A stretch of DNA of 64,000 bases, taken from NCBI GenBank assembly GCA_964594075.1, contig CAZQKW010000009.1, positions 11,912-75,911 on the forward strand, read 5' to 3'. Source of the DNA: an uncultured Thermodesulfobacteriota bacterium (lineage in GTDB: Bacteria; Desulfobacterota; WTBG01; CAIYCZ01). Below the pieces are notes generated by a model. It did no database searches, was not told where the DNA came from, and saw only the letters and a list, made by a program, of their open reading frames with translations. A program made the translations under genes and the position numbers. Of the stretch, positions 38,489-47,581 are shown piece after piece; the stretch's first letter is position 1, and each line of letters opens with the position of its first letter.

Positions 38489-39208
38489 TTACGCGCCGAA
38501 TAAAAATTCCCGCAAATACCGCTCGCTCCATGCTAAGCCAAAATGATGCTGCAATGGCGTACTGCCAGGATCATAGGCAATATAATCCTCCCGATATTGT
38601 TTCAGATATTCATTGCGTCTCGTGCGCAACGCGGCATCCGTAAGCGGCGTAGCTTTGTGAATGCACAAACAAAACACCTGCAGATAATCTTTAAACGCGG
38701 CTTCTATTTGAGGAAGATACTGAGGATCGCACCACCGGTACAGAGCATATCCTGAATCATATTTTTTAGCCCAATCATGGACTTCAGAACGTCCGCCTTC
38801 TGTTTTAGGAATCCATGCGTATTTTTCAGAAATGCTTTTTAGTGGCGCAAGATATTTTGCTGTGTATTCCTTGTCTTTTGCAACAGGATGAAGATCAAGA
38901 ACCGCTATTAAAAATTTGCTTGCGCTGGCAAAGGTAAAGCCAAAAACCGGAAAATCGTAGTCAGTGCCCGGTTGTATGCTGCCAAAATGCACTATCATGG
39001 AACCGGCAAAATGCATGGCACCCATGCGTATGCCGCTTGTTTTGGGACAGGCAAAAAACTCATTTTTAATAAAAATAGTTTTATCTCCAGAATCCGCATA
39101 CTTTACAGCAAACACCGGTTCAAGCGGCAATGGCTTTAACGGAAAAGCTTTCCCCATTTCATCTTTAAGGATCTCATTAAACCGTATTGTAACTGTTTTT
39201 TCTTCCAT
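38489..39208 (-). CDS. ferredoxin-dependent bilin reductase (PcyA/PebA/HY2 family) homolog
   Basis: KTIFIKNEFFACPKTSGIRMGAMHF...FPVFGFTFASASKFLIAVLDLHP aligns with PcyA [20 protein letters not shown]...LPMFGCDLVGGRGQISAAIADLSP; C-terminal HHFGLAWSERYLREFLF matches FDBR motif FG..W.ERY...LF. Confidence 0.6.
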   Translation of the reverse strand: MEEKTVTIRFNEILKDEMGKAFPLKPLPLEPVFAVKYADSGDKTIFIKNEFFACPKTSGIRMGAMHFAGSMIVHFGSIQPGTDYDFPVFGFTFASASKFLIAVLDLHPVAKDKEYTAKYLAPLKSISEKYAWIPKTEGGRSEVHDWAKKYDSGYALYRWCDPQYLPQIEAAFKDYLQVFCLCIHKATPLTDAALRTRRNEYLKQYREDYIAYDPGSTPLQHHFGLAWSERYLREFLFGA

Positions 39209-39685
39209 ACTGATTTCCTTCTTTAAAGACCTGAAATTAATTTAACACCTCTACCATACAACTCTTTTTTTTGTTTAAGCTCGCCTTAACCCGCATTCAA
39301 TGACCTGCCAGCCAGTACCTATCAGATTTCTCCCCTGATATTGTCCCGAGGATAAAAACCGTAGATGCGATCTGTGACATAAGCTCCCTGCGAGGATCAT
39401 TTGACTCGACAAACCCTACCATTCCCGACACGATAAAGCCAGCAATATTTCCCGCCGTTATCTGTATGCCCAGTTTTTCAAAAAGCAAAAAATAAATAAA
39501 TTTTGGGAGAGATCTTTTAAAACCCGCTGTGTAACGCAGACCCGTTTCCCTGTGACTTCACATGAACAGAGATACATGATAATTAAGAAGTGCAGGTCTG
39601 AAAAGGATTGGGTGCACTGACAGACCGCCATAACTAAGAAGATGAATATGTTGTGAATATCGAAATGCCTGATGGGACATACTGA

Positions 39686-40282
39686 ATGGATACGCTTGCT
39701 CATGGACTCTGGGCCACTGCTGCTGTTAAAACAAACAATATGTTTTTTCGTATAAAAATCCGCACCGCATGGTTTGTCTTTTGGGGCGTGTTGCCGGATT
39801 TATTTTCTTTTACACCAGTAGTGGTGTGGCTGTTATGGCAGGTTATTGTGCAGGGCATTCCTTTTTCAGAAGTGCCGAGGCCAGAATTGCTGCCCCCTGA
39901 AATTCGAAAGACTGTTCCCGTGTTTCGGCTGACCAATGGCCTGTACCATCTTAGCCATAGTCTGATAATTTTTACGGCAATATTTTTGCTGATATGGGCT
40001 ATTCGCTACTATTGTTTAAAGTCTCTGCGAGCGACACAGATAAGCCACACCGAGCTAAATCGGCTGCGGCCTCCCTGGGAACTCAGCGGATGGATACTGC
40101 ACATCCTGATTGACATACCAACGCATACCCGAGGGTTGTATCCCACGCCGTTTCTCTGGCCGCTTTCAGATTTTACCGTTGACGGCATCTCCTGGGGCAG
40201 ACCGTGGTTCCTGGCGATAAATTATTCCTCTCTGCTTATGGTGTTTTTGCTGCTGCGGATGAAATCCATGAAAAAACAATGA
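39686..40282 (+). CDS. YdjM/DUF457-like membrane-bound metal-dependent hydrolase
   Basis: LPDLFSF, YHLSHSLIIF and LHILIDIPTHTRGLYPTPFLWPL segments parallel E. coli YdjM (LPDIDHP, GFTHSLLAVF, LSHILADMLTPAGVPLLWP). Confidence 0.5.
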   Translation: MDTLAHGLWATAAVKTNNMFFRIKIRTAWFVFWGVLPDLFSFTPVVVWLLWQVIVQGIPFSEVPRPELLPPEIRKTVPVFRLTNGLYHLSHSLIIFTAIFLLIWAIRYYCLKSLRATQISHTELNRLRPPWELSGWILHILIDIPTHTRGLYPTPFLWPLSDFTVDGISWGRPWFLAINYSSLLMVFLLLRMKSMKKQ

Positions 40283-40327
40283 ACGGGCATTGAGAAGCGG
40301 GGACGATATACGCCGGACAGGTAATTC

Positions 40328-41248
40328 TTAGCCTACTATATCCCGAAGCGCCATCTCTGCATCCGGGAAGTTAAAGCTAAACCCTGCTTCAAGCAGGCGT
40401 TTGGGCTGCACCCGTTGGCCTGCCAGAATCAACTCTTCTGCCATCTGGCCAAACATGATGCGCAGGACAAAACCAGGAACTGACAACCACGAAGGCCTGC
40501 CCATAGCAGACCCGACCGCACGGAAAAAATCCCGAGCGCGCAGAGGATGCGGTGCACAGAGATTAAACGGGCCTTCAAGCCTTTCCTGTTCAAGCAGAAA
40601 ACAGACCGCTTCCACCTCATCTTTTATATGAATCCAGGAAAGCCACTGTTGTCCATTTCCCATGTGGCCACCCATAAACAGGCGAAACGGCAGCATCACC
40701 CGCGAGAGAAATCCGCCATCCCGGCCAAGCACAATACCGGTCCTTATAATCACATGACGCACGCCCTGATCTGCGACAATTTTTGTTGATGCCTCCCACT
40801 GTTGGGCAACGTCTGCTAAAAAACCGCTTCCAGGGAGTGAATTTTCATTTACCACTTCATCGCCGCGATTTCCGTAATACCCGATACCTGATGCTTGAAT
40901 AACCACCCGGGGCTTATGGTGTGCCTGCTCAACCGCTGCAACTATTGCTTTTCCAGCATCAAGCCTGCTCTGAAGTATTTTTTCTTTTTGCGCCTGTGTC
41001 CATCTTCCTGCAGCTATATTTTCTCCGGTCAAATTTATAATTCCCCGTGCACCGTCCGCATATTGAGACCAGCCCGCAGTGCTTCGCGCATCCCAGCCGA
41101 CCACGGTGACGCGATCTTCCCATGCCACGGATGCTGTCGCAGGATTTCGGGAAAGAGCCACTACCGCGTAGCCGCGTGCCATTAATACCCTGCAGAGCAT
41201 TCTCCCGATAAAACCGGTTGCACCACTCACAATAACAGTTTGCGCCAT
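40328..41248 (-). CDS. TIGR01777 (YfcH-like) NAD-dependent epimerase family protein
   Basis: VSGATGFIG Rossmann motif, ~306 aa with DUF1731-like C-terminus; GGAGC RBS. Confidence 0.7.
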   Translation of the reverse strand: MAQTVIVSGATGFIGRMLCRVLMARGYAVVALSRNPATASVAWEDRVTVVGWDARSTAGWSQYADGARGIINLTGENIAAGRWTQAQKEKILQSRLDAGKAIVAAVEQAHHKPRVVIQASGIGYYGNRGDEVVNENSLPGSGFLADVAQQWEASTKIVADQGVRHVIIRTGIVLGRDGGFLSRVMLPFRLFMGGHMGNGQQWLSWIHIKDEVEAVCFLLEQERLEGPFNLCAPHPLRARDFFRAVGSAMGRPSWLSVPGFVLRIMFGQMAEELILAGQRVQPKRLLEAGFSFNFPDAEMALRDIVG

Positions 41249-41308
41249 GTGGCTCCTTTCAAAGTATAGCGCTGGTCAGCATATATTCGGTAACGCATTT
41301 TCCTCTCA

Positions 41309-41905
41309 TCAGGGAACAGAAGCGCCGTCTGAGATCAGGAGCATGATTCCCTTACGCACCATCATAACACCGATTGCTGCTAAAATGAGGCTTGCGAGCT
41401 TTGATATTGTTTTGGTGCCTGAGGTGCCCAGGACGCGGTTTATTGAGCCTGCCATCCAGAACACTATGCCGGCAATAATGATATTGACTATTGTTGCAGA
41501 AACTGTCGGGATGAGTCCATATTGGTTAATAAGCAGAATTGTCGTGGTAAGAACGCCGGGTCCTACGATGAGCGGAACTCCGAGGGGCACTGCCCCCACC
41601 TCTTCCGGCTCCATCTGCAACCGGCGTTTTTCAGTTGAGATCAAATCGCTGAGTGAAATAACAAAAAGCAAGGTGCCTCCTGCAATCATAAAATCCGCAA
41701 CAGTTATACCGAGTAGCATGAGAATTCCCTTGCCAATAAAAAGGAAAACCAGGGCGACCATCATGGCGGTAATAACCGATTGAAAAATAATTCGTCTGGT
41801 TCGTGAACGTGTTAATCCCTGAGTAAGCCCCATGAATAAGGGCAGAATTCCCAGTGCATCTACGGCAACAAACAGGGGCACAAAACAGAGCCAGAAATTA
41901 TTCAT
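41309..41905 (-). CDS. MarC-family (UPF0056) integral membrane protein
   Basis: Six predicted TM helices; family-like N-terminus FVPLFVAVDALGILPLF. Confidence 0.7.
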   Translation of the reverse strand: MNNFWLCFVPLFVAVDALGILPLFMGLTQGLTRSRTRRIIFQSVITAMMVALVFLFIGKGILMLLGITVADFMIAGGTLLFVISLSDLISTEKRRLQMEPEEVGAVPLGVPLIVGPGVLTTTILLINQYGLIPTVSATIVNIIIAGIVFWMAGSINRVLGTSGTKTISKLASLILAAIGVMMVRKGIMLLISDGASVP

Positions 41906-42059
41906 AAACGCGGCGATAACTTTAGGTACGATACAAAGCGCCGGGCTTTCAGCAGCTCGTTTTATAGGTTTTTAAGCCCTAAGCGCTCGGATACTTTTTC
42001 TATTGTGCGGATTACTTTCAAGAGACAGCGAAAGGTTTTGTATTTCATGCCGGTTTCCC

Positions 42060-43031
42060 CTAAATGGGGTCACCCGGTTTCCACTCATAAATAAGAGCAG
42101 GATTATTTATATACCTCATCAGATGCTCATGAAAAGGGAAAGCCGCACCGGCATCAAAGGCGCGGTGGTCTATGGTGCCCATAACAGACATAACGCTGCG
42201 CGGAACTATTTCTCCGCCAACTACCAGGGGCGCTACATGCAGATCACCTATACCTATGAAAAATACTTCGGGTGGAACTATTACCGTAACGGTCTGAATA
42301 CCGGGAAGCATCATGCCGATGTTTGCAACGGTGCAGGTTGCGCCCATGATGTCCTCCGGCTGGAGTTTTTCCGTTTCCGGCACATTTGCTGTTGCGGAGT
42401 CAGGTTTTATGCCGGTTATAAAACGGGCTCGCAGAAAGATCAAGAGAGAGTACAGGCCTCTAAAATCAACCTGCCGAATGGCCGTCCAGAGGAGCTTTTT
42501 CGCGGCCTTGTAGTAGAGTTCATCCTGGTTTGTACGACGAGCCTTGCGTGCCAGAATGCGCATTTCCTGCGCCACTGTTTCCAGGTCTTTGAGATGAGGA
42601 TTGTGAAGGACGGGCCGCACAACGCCAACCGGTGTATTGACCGTAAAACTGAGATTGATGTCTTCAGCTTCATACAACGTGCCGCCATGGCTCAGCGGGC
42701 GATAGTCAAGAAAACTGTTCAGCGCCGGCACGTGGTATAAACAATGTGCAACAGCCTTGATGAAAAATGCAGAAAAATTTTTTCGAATCGCACGCTGCAA
42801 CAGCTTCTTGTCCGAATTTTCAGCCTGTTCTGCAGCCGCTTCTTGTGATGAAGCCTTTGCATATTCCACCAGCGGTGTTACATCAAGCTGAAGAATCATC
42901 GCTGCATGGGGGATTTTCTTGGCAGATTCAGACAGGAGATGAGCGACACTTTCCCGAAGCAGGCTAAATCTCCGTGCTTGGCGCACTTTAACATTTTGCA
43001 GTTGATAGGCTATTTTATACGGTTTAAACAT
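42060..43031 (-). CDS. stand-alone 2-oxoacid dehydrogenase E2 / CAT-like acyltransferase catalytic domain protein
   Basis: Catalytic motif TIDHRAFDAGAAFPFHEHL (cf. E2 DHRVIDGA); no lipoyl or E3-binding domains. Confidence 0.55.
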   Translation of the reverse strand: MFKPYKIAYQLQNVKVRQARRFSLLRESVAHLLSESAKKIPHAAMILQLDVTPLVEYAKASSQEAAAEQAENSDKKLLQRAIRKNFSAFFIKAVAHCLYHVPALNSFLDYRPLSHGGTLYEAEDINLSFTVNTPVGVVRPVLHNPHLKDLETVAQEMRILARKARRTNQDELYYKAAKKLLWTAIRQVDFRGLYSLLIFLRARFITGIKPDSATANVPETEKLQPEDIMGATCTVANIGMMLPGIQTVTVIVPPEVFFIGIGDLHVAPLVVGGEIVPRSVMSVMGTIDHRAFDAGAAFPFHEHLMRYINNPALIYEWKPGDPI

Positions 43032-43059
43032 GAAAAAGTCCGTTTCAAAAAACGCGATA

Positions 43060-43420
43060 TCGTCTCAATATCTAAATAGGAAAAATAAACCTGTCAAGGA
43101 AAAATCCAGAAGGACGTTCCCCAAAATGTTCCCATGAAATTCAGGTAAACTACATGAGAACCCAAAAAATCAATCACATAAAAGGGAAATGAAAAGCACC
43201 GGCACATGGGGATTTTTATCGCCACAACACAACCGTCCGTGCCAGGAACACGGCAGGTGCCGTTATGTTCTTTCGTCACCAGCCCCCGTGCATCACCGGT
43301 GACGAAGACTCTGCTGGCTGTCTGCACATTGCAAAATATTTTTGTGGGAATGTTTTAAAAAACCAGCACGGGTATTTTTTAAATACTTAATGATACATTA
43401 AATAATAAGTGATTCATGCA
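43060..43420 (-). mobile_element. degenerate MITE-like element (copy C), reverse orientation, ending ~30-60 nt upstream of the E2-like gene
   Basis: Reverse complement of ~43215..43335 is ~90% identical (by eye, ~110 nt) to 23671..23780; flanking parts align with indels; TIRs degenerate. Confidence 0.45.
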
Positions 43421-43581
43421 CATTTTTAATCCTTTGTAAAGGGTACCTTTTTCGAAAAATTGTGCTATAGATAAGGAAAATTCGACGCTGTTTTATCATC
43501 TCCGGTTTCTACAATTTTTTGGATCATAATTATAGTGCTGAACTCTTTGCAAGTAATATCCCAAAAGGAGCGTAACAGGTT

Positions 43582-44697
43582 ATGGAATCACAGACCATAG
43601 CGGTAATCGGCGCAAACGGTTTTATCGGAAGCAGACTTGTTGCAGAAGCGTTACAACACCAGGTGCGGGTCATCGCACTCGCGCGCCGGCGCAAAAAACA
43701 TTCTGCGGAGAAACGGGTGTATAATGAACTTGAGGACAATCTTACCCCGGAACAAATTAATTGCTTCAAAAAGAATCTTATTGTTATTGACTATGATTTA
43801 CAAGAGCCACAGATAGGCCTGGCGCAAGATGAGATCACGATGATTCGCGAGGAGTGCCAGCATGTTTTTAACTGCGCGGGAGATACCACGTTTTTCCCGC
43901 GGGACACTTCGCAGCTTTTTTTTACTAACGTTGACGGTCCAGCCCGCTTGATTGAGGAGCTATGCAGTAATGGCGCTGTATTTCACCATGTGAGTACCGC
44001 CTATGTGGCCGGCAAGCGTTCGGGCGTAATATATGAGTCGGAGCTTGATATTGGCCAGCAGTTTAATAATCCCTATGAGGAGAGCAAGCATTTAGGGGAA
44101 AAGAGAGTTCATGAAGTATGTGCACAACGGTGCGCTCAATATAATATCTACCGGCCAAGCATTGTTATCAGAAATCATGTAATTCCCGGCAAAACCCCGC
44201 ATTTGAATCACTTCTATCTGTTTTTTAATGTATTAAACAGTTTATATCGTGATGTGGAGAAAAGCGCGCAGATATTGGAGAATGGTTATTATTATATTCC
44301 GGTGCGATTTTTAGCCTTACGGGACGCCCGACTGAATATTGTTGACCTCGATTTTGTAACACAAGCGCTTTTCCACATTGGCATGAATAGCTCCGTGAGC
44401 GGCAAAACTTTTCATTTGGTCAATCCCCGGCCACTCAGCAATCAGGAGTTTCTTGATAATATAATCCAAGAGATTTATAAAATAAAAGGACTTATGATAG
44501 TTGAACGGCAGGAAGATTTGAACAATCCGAATGCTTATGAAAAAATGATTCAGGAGTGGCTATCCAACTATATGGTATATTTTTCACTAAAGCTGAATTT
44601 TGATATGACCAATACCAACAACGCTTTGCAGGGGAGCGGCATTAGCCACCCAACTTTTGACAGGGCATATGTGGCGCGCGCTATTGGGCGTGCCTAA
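43582..44697 (+). CDS. NAD-binding acyl/thioester reductase-like SDR (NAD_binding_4 / 'male sterility' domain)
   Basis: VIGANGFIGSRL Rossmann motif and STAYVAG motif; ~371 aa. Confidence 0.55.
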   Translation: MESQTIAVIGANGFIGSRLVAEALQHQVRVIALARRRKKHSAEKRVYNELEDNLTPEQINCFKKNLIVIDYDLQEPQIGLAQDEITMIREECQHVFNCAGDTTFFPRDTSQLFFTNVDGPARLIEELCSNGAVFHHVSTAYVAGKRSGVIYESELDIGQQFNNPYEESKHLGEKRVHEVCAQRCAQYNIYRPSIVIRNHVIPGKTPHLNHFYLFFNVLNSLYRDVEKSAQILENGYYYIPVRFLALRDARLNIVDLDFVTQALFHIGMNSSVSGKTFHLVNPRPLSNQEFLDNIIQEIYKIKGLMIVERQEDLNNPNAYEKMIQEWLSNYMVYFSLKLNFDMTNTNNALQGSGISHPTFDRAYVARAIGRA

Positions 44698-44713
44698 TGA
44701 ATAAAAAGATAAA

Positions 44714-44746
44714 AGGCATTGGGAATGGTGTCCAATGCCTTTTTCT
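44714..44746 (+). terminator. intrinsic terminator
   Basis: AGGCATTGG-gaatggtgt-CCAATGCCT followed by TTTTTC, 17 nt after stop of 43582..44697. Confidence 0.6.
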
Positions 44747-45058
44747 ATATCCCCTTATGCCGTGAAAATATAGCTCATTTGACTAATAATTATATGGTTT
44801 TTTTCCCCTATTAGTAAGAGCATATATTTTAAAACACGAACATACGAGACACAGTCACTTTATCGGCACAATGCTGCATCATAATGAAATAAAAAACGGG
44901 CAAAGGGATAAACCAGCCTTTGCCCGCAGTCTTGTGTTTAATAGATCATTGCTCTCTGGTGAGTAGTTGAAAAACCCTCACTGATTATTGTAAGCGATAG
45001 CGAAGAATCTCTAACGCGCTGTTCAGACCACCCTATAAAATAATTTGACGCGTTTCTT

Positions 45059-45868
45059 TTAAATGACCTTGTCGCCTTTGCTTTTGCCCCTGTTCGGCCC
45101 TTTATTTTTTTCCTTGCCTTTTCCCGGATTAATGACCCGCACCTCATCTGTTCCTTCGTATAATGTGTCTTCGCCTTGGAGTTGCCACTGCACCAGAAAT
45201 TTGACAGTTGCAGGGAACTCTGCTACGTTTGCTTTGATAAGATCCAATACTGCTTGATTGCTAAATTTGACATTCAGCACATCATCAAACATGTCGACCA
45301 TCACCCGTTGCGCTGGAATCCATTCTTCTGTGAGTTCGCCCGTATCTTTCACTATAAATAATTTAAAGGATTCCGGAATAATGTTTTCAAGATCAAACTC
45401 CTCCGGCATCCTAATATTTGCGCCAATAAATTGTCCGTTGCGCTTGAGGTTAATGGTATGGGGAGTTATGTCAACCAGCGTGGAAACATTTCCTTGGACA
45501 ACAATTTTTTCAATATCCTCGAGTACTACCGGATCATCTTTACCCGGAACGCCAGTATAGAGAAGAACAACAACCGCATAACCTCCGTGTTCAGGAGGAA
45601 CAATTGCTTCCTGAACAGTAAACTGGATATTCTCCGCTGTGCAATCCTGGGGTGGATTGGTAAATATCTGGATCATTATTTTATTTTCTACTGATGTCTG
45701 AAGGGTAAAGGGAGCACGAGCTCCATCGTCGCAGGCAAATGTCCCAGTAATTGCCACAATCACCGGTGGGCCATCTGAAATAGCAACTGCGTCAATTGTG
45801 TCTGCCCAAGAAGTGCTTCCAGTAAAAAGAACAAACATGCTAATCAATAAAACATAAAATTTTTTCAT
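45059..45868 (-). CDS. hypothetical secreted protein with Lys/Gly-rich C-terminal tail
   Basis: Signal peptide MKKFYVLLISMFVLFTGSTSWA; no recognisable domain. Confidence 0.45.
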   Translation of the reverse strand: MKKFYVLLISMFVLFTGSTSWADTIDAVAISDGPPVIVAITGTFACDDGARAPFTLQTSVENKIMIQIFTNPPQDCTAENIQFTVQEAIVPPEHGGYAVVVLLYTGVPGKDDPVVLEDIEKIVVQGNVSTLVDITPHTINLKRNGQFIGANIRMPEEFDLENIIPESFKLFIVKDTGELTEEWIPAQRVMVDMFDDVLNVKFSNQAVLDLIKANVAEFPATVKFLVQWQLQGEDTLYEGTDEVRVINPGKGKEKNKGPNRGKSKGDKVI

Positions 45869-46409
45869 AAAAAAACCTCCGTTTTAATAGTTGAACAAAC
45901 TGGTTACCCTGTCGTGTTAATTTCTATTTTAGAACATTTCAGCCTCAACTATCACCCCCCTTAAAATTTTAGCTATTCTCAAAGCGTAAATGCAGAGACT
46001 GCGGAGTGCGCTGAGCTCATTTTTTTATACTTTTTATCAATCTTTTAAAACAAACAGTTTCTGCGTTCCAAATTAAGACCGTTCATTTCGGAAAAAGCTT
46101 TCCCCTGTCTTTTTGCAGTTTAAAATATCTTACCAAAAACCATGCCAGCTCACAGCATAAAAATTTTATAAATTTTCGGCAAATTTGTTTGAAAAATTCT
46201 GTAGTCACGGTGAGATATAAAAAAATTTAAACGCCTTCGTATTATTTTGTTATGAGCCTACTCGCAAGACCGAACAGACTGCTTCGCGATTTTAAGAACG
46301 GTTCATTCCGTAAAATTTGTTTTGCCGACAAATAATTAACATTATTGACCCAAACGGGATAAGATGATAAAAATCTTCAATATAATTATAAGGGGGTAAC
46401 AAATTATCC

Positions 46410-46507
46410 GGAAGTGGACAGGGCACTGGTGGCCCTCCTGGACTTCAAATCCAGTGGGAGGCGTGAGCAACGTCTCCGGTGGGTTCGATTCCCATGCACT
46501 TCCGCCA
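46410..46507 (+). tRNA. selC: tRNA-Sec (anticodon TCA), CCA encoded
   Basis: 98 nt; anticodon arm CTGGA-CTTCAAA-TCCAG (UCA); long variable arm GGAGGCG-TGAGCAA-CGTCTCC; T-arm GGTTCGATTCC; G discriminator + CCA; closely parallels E. coli selC (GGAAG...CTTCCGCCA); TATAAT ~30 nt upstream. Confidence 0.85.
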
Positions 46508-46588
46508 TTTTATAGCAAAAAGCTTTTAGCCATCAGCTTAGAAAGCTTGGGCTGATAGCGGAAAGCTCACCACAAACGGAAATTGATT

Positions 46589-47581
46589 ATGACAAAAGGA
46601 CGGATATTCAGCGGTATTCAGCCAACCGGTATCATTCATCTCGGCAATTATGTGGGCGCCATACAGCAGTGGGTTAAGCTTATGCATGATTACGACTGCA
46701 TTTACTGTATCGTGGACTATCATGCGATTACTATTGAATATGATAGGCAGACGTTGCGGGACAATATTATGGAGGCTGGGGTAACGCTTATTGCCTGCGG
46801 CATTGATCCTGAACGCTGCACGCTGTTTGTTCAGTCGCAGGTGCCGGAGCATACAGAACTGGCCTGGATTTTTAACTGTATCACCCCGATAGGGGATCTT
46901 GAACGGATGACACAATTCAAGGAAAAATCCGCGCAGCACCGCGAGCATATAAATATGGGATTGCTGGACTACCCAGTTTTGCAGGCTGCGGACATTCTTA
47001 TTTATAAGGCCGGATTTGTCCCGGTCGGCGAAGATCAGGTGCAGCACATAGAATTGACGCGCAGGACTGCACGACGGTTTAATAATCGGTTTGGAGAGAC
47101 ATTTCCCGAACCACAAGAGATACTCACGCCCACATCGCGAATCATGGGAACAGACGGCAAAACCAAAATGTCAAAATCATTGAATAATTATATCGGGATA
47201 CTTGAACCGCCGGACGTAATCTGGGAAAAGCTGAGAACTTCGGTCACCGACGAGAATCGCAAGCGCCGTAACGATCCGGGGAATCCTGATATCTGCAACC
47301 TTTTTACCATCCATAAGGTATTTTCAGCGCCGGAAGATATCGCACGAATTAATCGCGCCTGCAGAACCGCGGAGATTGGCTGCATTGAATGCAAGAAAAT
47401 TCTTTTTAATTATTTGATGGCCCACCTTGAGCCTATTCAGCAAAGCGCGGCAAAGCTCCGTGATAAACCTGAACTGGTTATTGATGCACTTGATGAAGGC
47501 GCGCGTCGGTGCAGAGAAATGGCAGCCCACGTGATGGATGAAGTGCGGGTAAAAGTGGGACTGTTGCCTTGCACCAAATAA
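46589..47581 (+). CDS. trpS: tryptophan--tRNA ligase
   Basis: Class I motifs (GIQPTGIIHLGNY HIGH-like, KMSKS). Confidence 0.9.
   Translation: MTKGRIFSGIQPTGIIHLGNYVGAIQQWVKLMHDYDCIYCIVDYHAITIEYDRQTLRDNIMEAGVTLIACGIDPERCTLFVQSQVPEHTELAWIFNCITPIGDLERMTQFKEKSAQHREHINMGLLDYPVLQAADILIYKAGFVPVGEDQVQHIELTRRTARRFNNRFGETFPEPQEILTPTSRIMGTDGKTKMSKSLNNYIGILEPPDVIWEKLRTSVTDENRKRRNDPGNPDICNLFTIHKVFSAPEDIARINRACRTAEIGCIECKKILFNYLMAHLEPIQQSAAKLRDKPELVIDALDEGARRCREMAAHVMDEVRVKVGLLPCTK

Noticed and set aside
39297-39488. 63-aa ORF resembling a fragment of a polytopic transporter (…GIQITAGNIAGFIVSGMVGFVE…)
   Set aside because: Too short, no start context, sits in a decayed-looking gap of the AT-rich islet; likely a gene remnant rather than a functional CDS (kept only as supporting evidence for islet decay)
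45869-46409. Integrase/genomic island attached at tRNA-Sec
   Set aside because: No integrase-like ORF or direct repeat of the tRNA 3' end detectable on either side within the window; region upstream is simply AT-rich non-coding
46538-47116. 192-aa minus-strand ORF
   Set aside because: Antisense to the well-supported trpS gene; no motif
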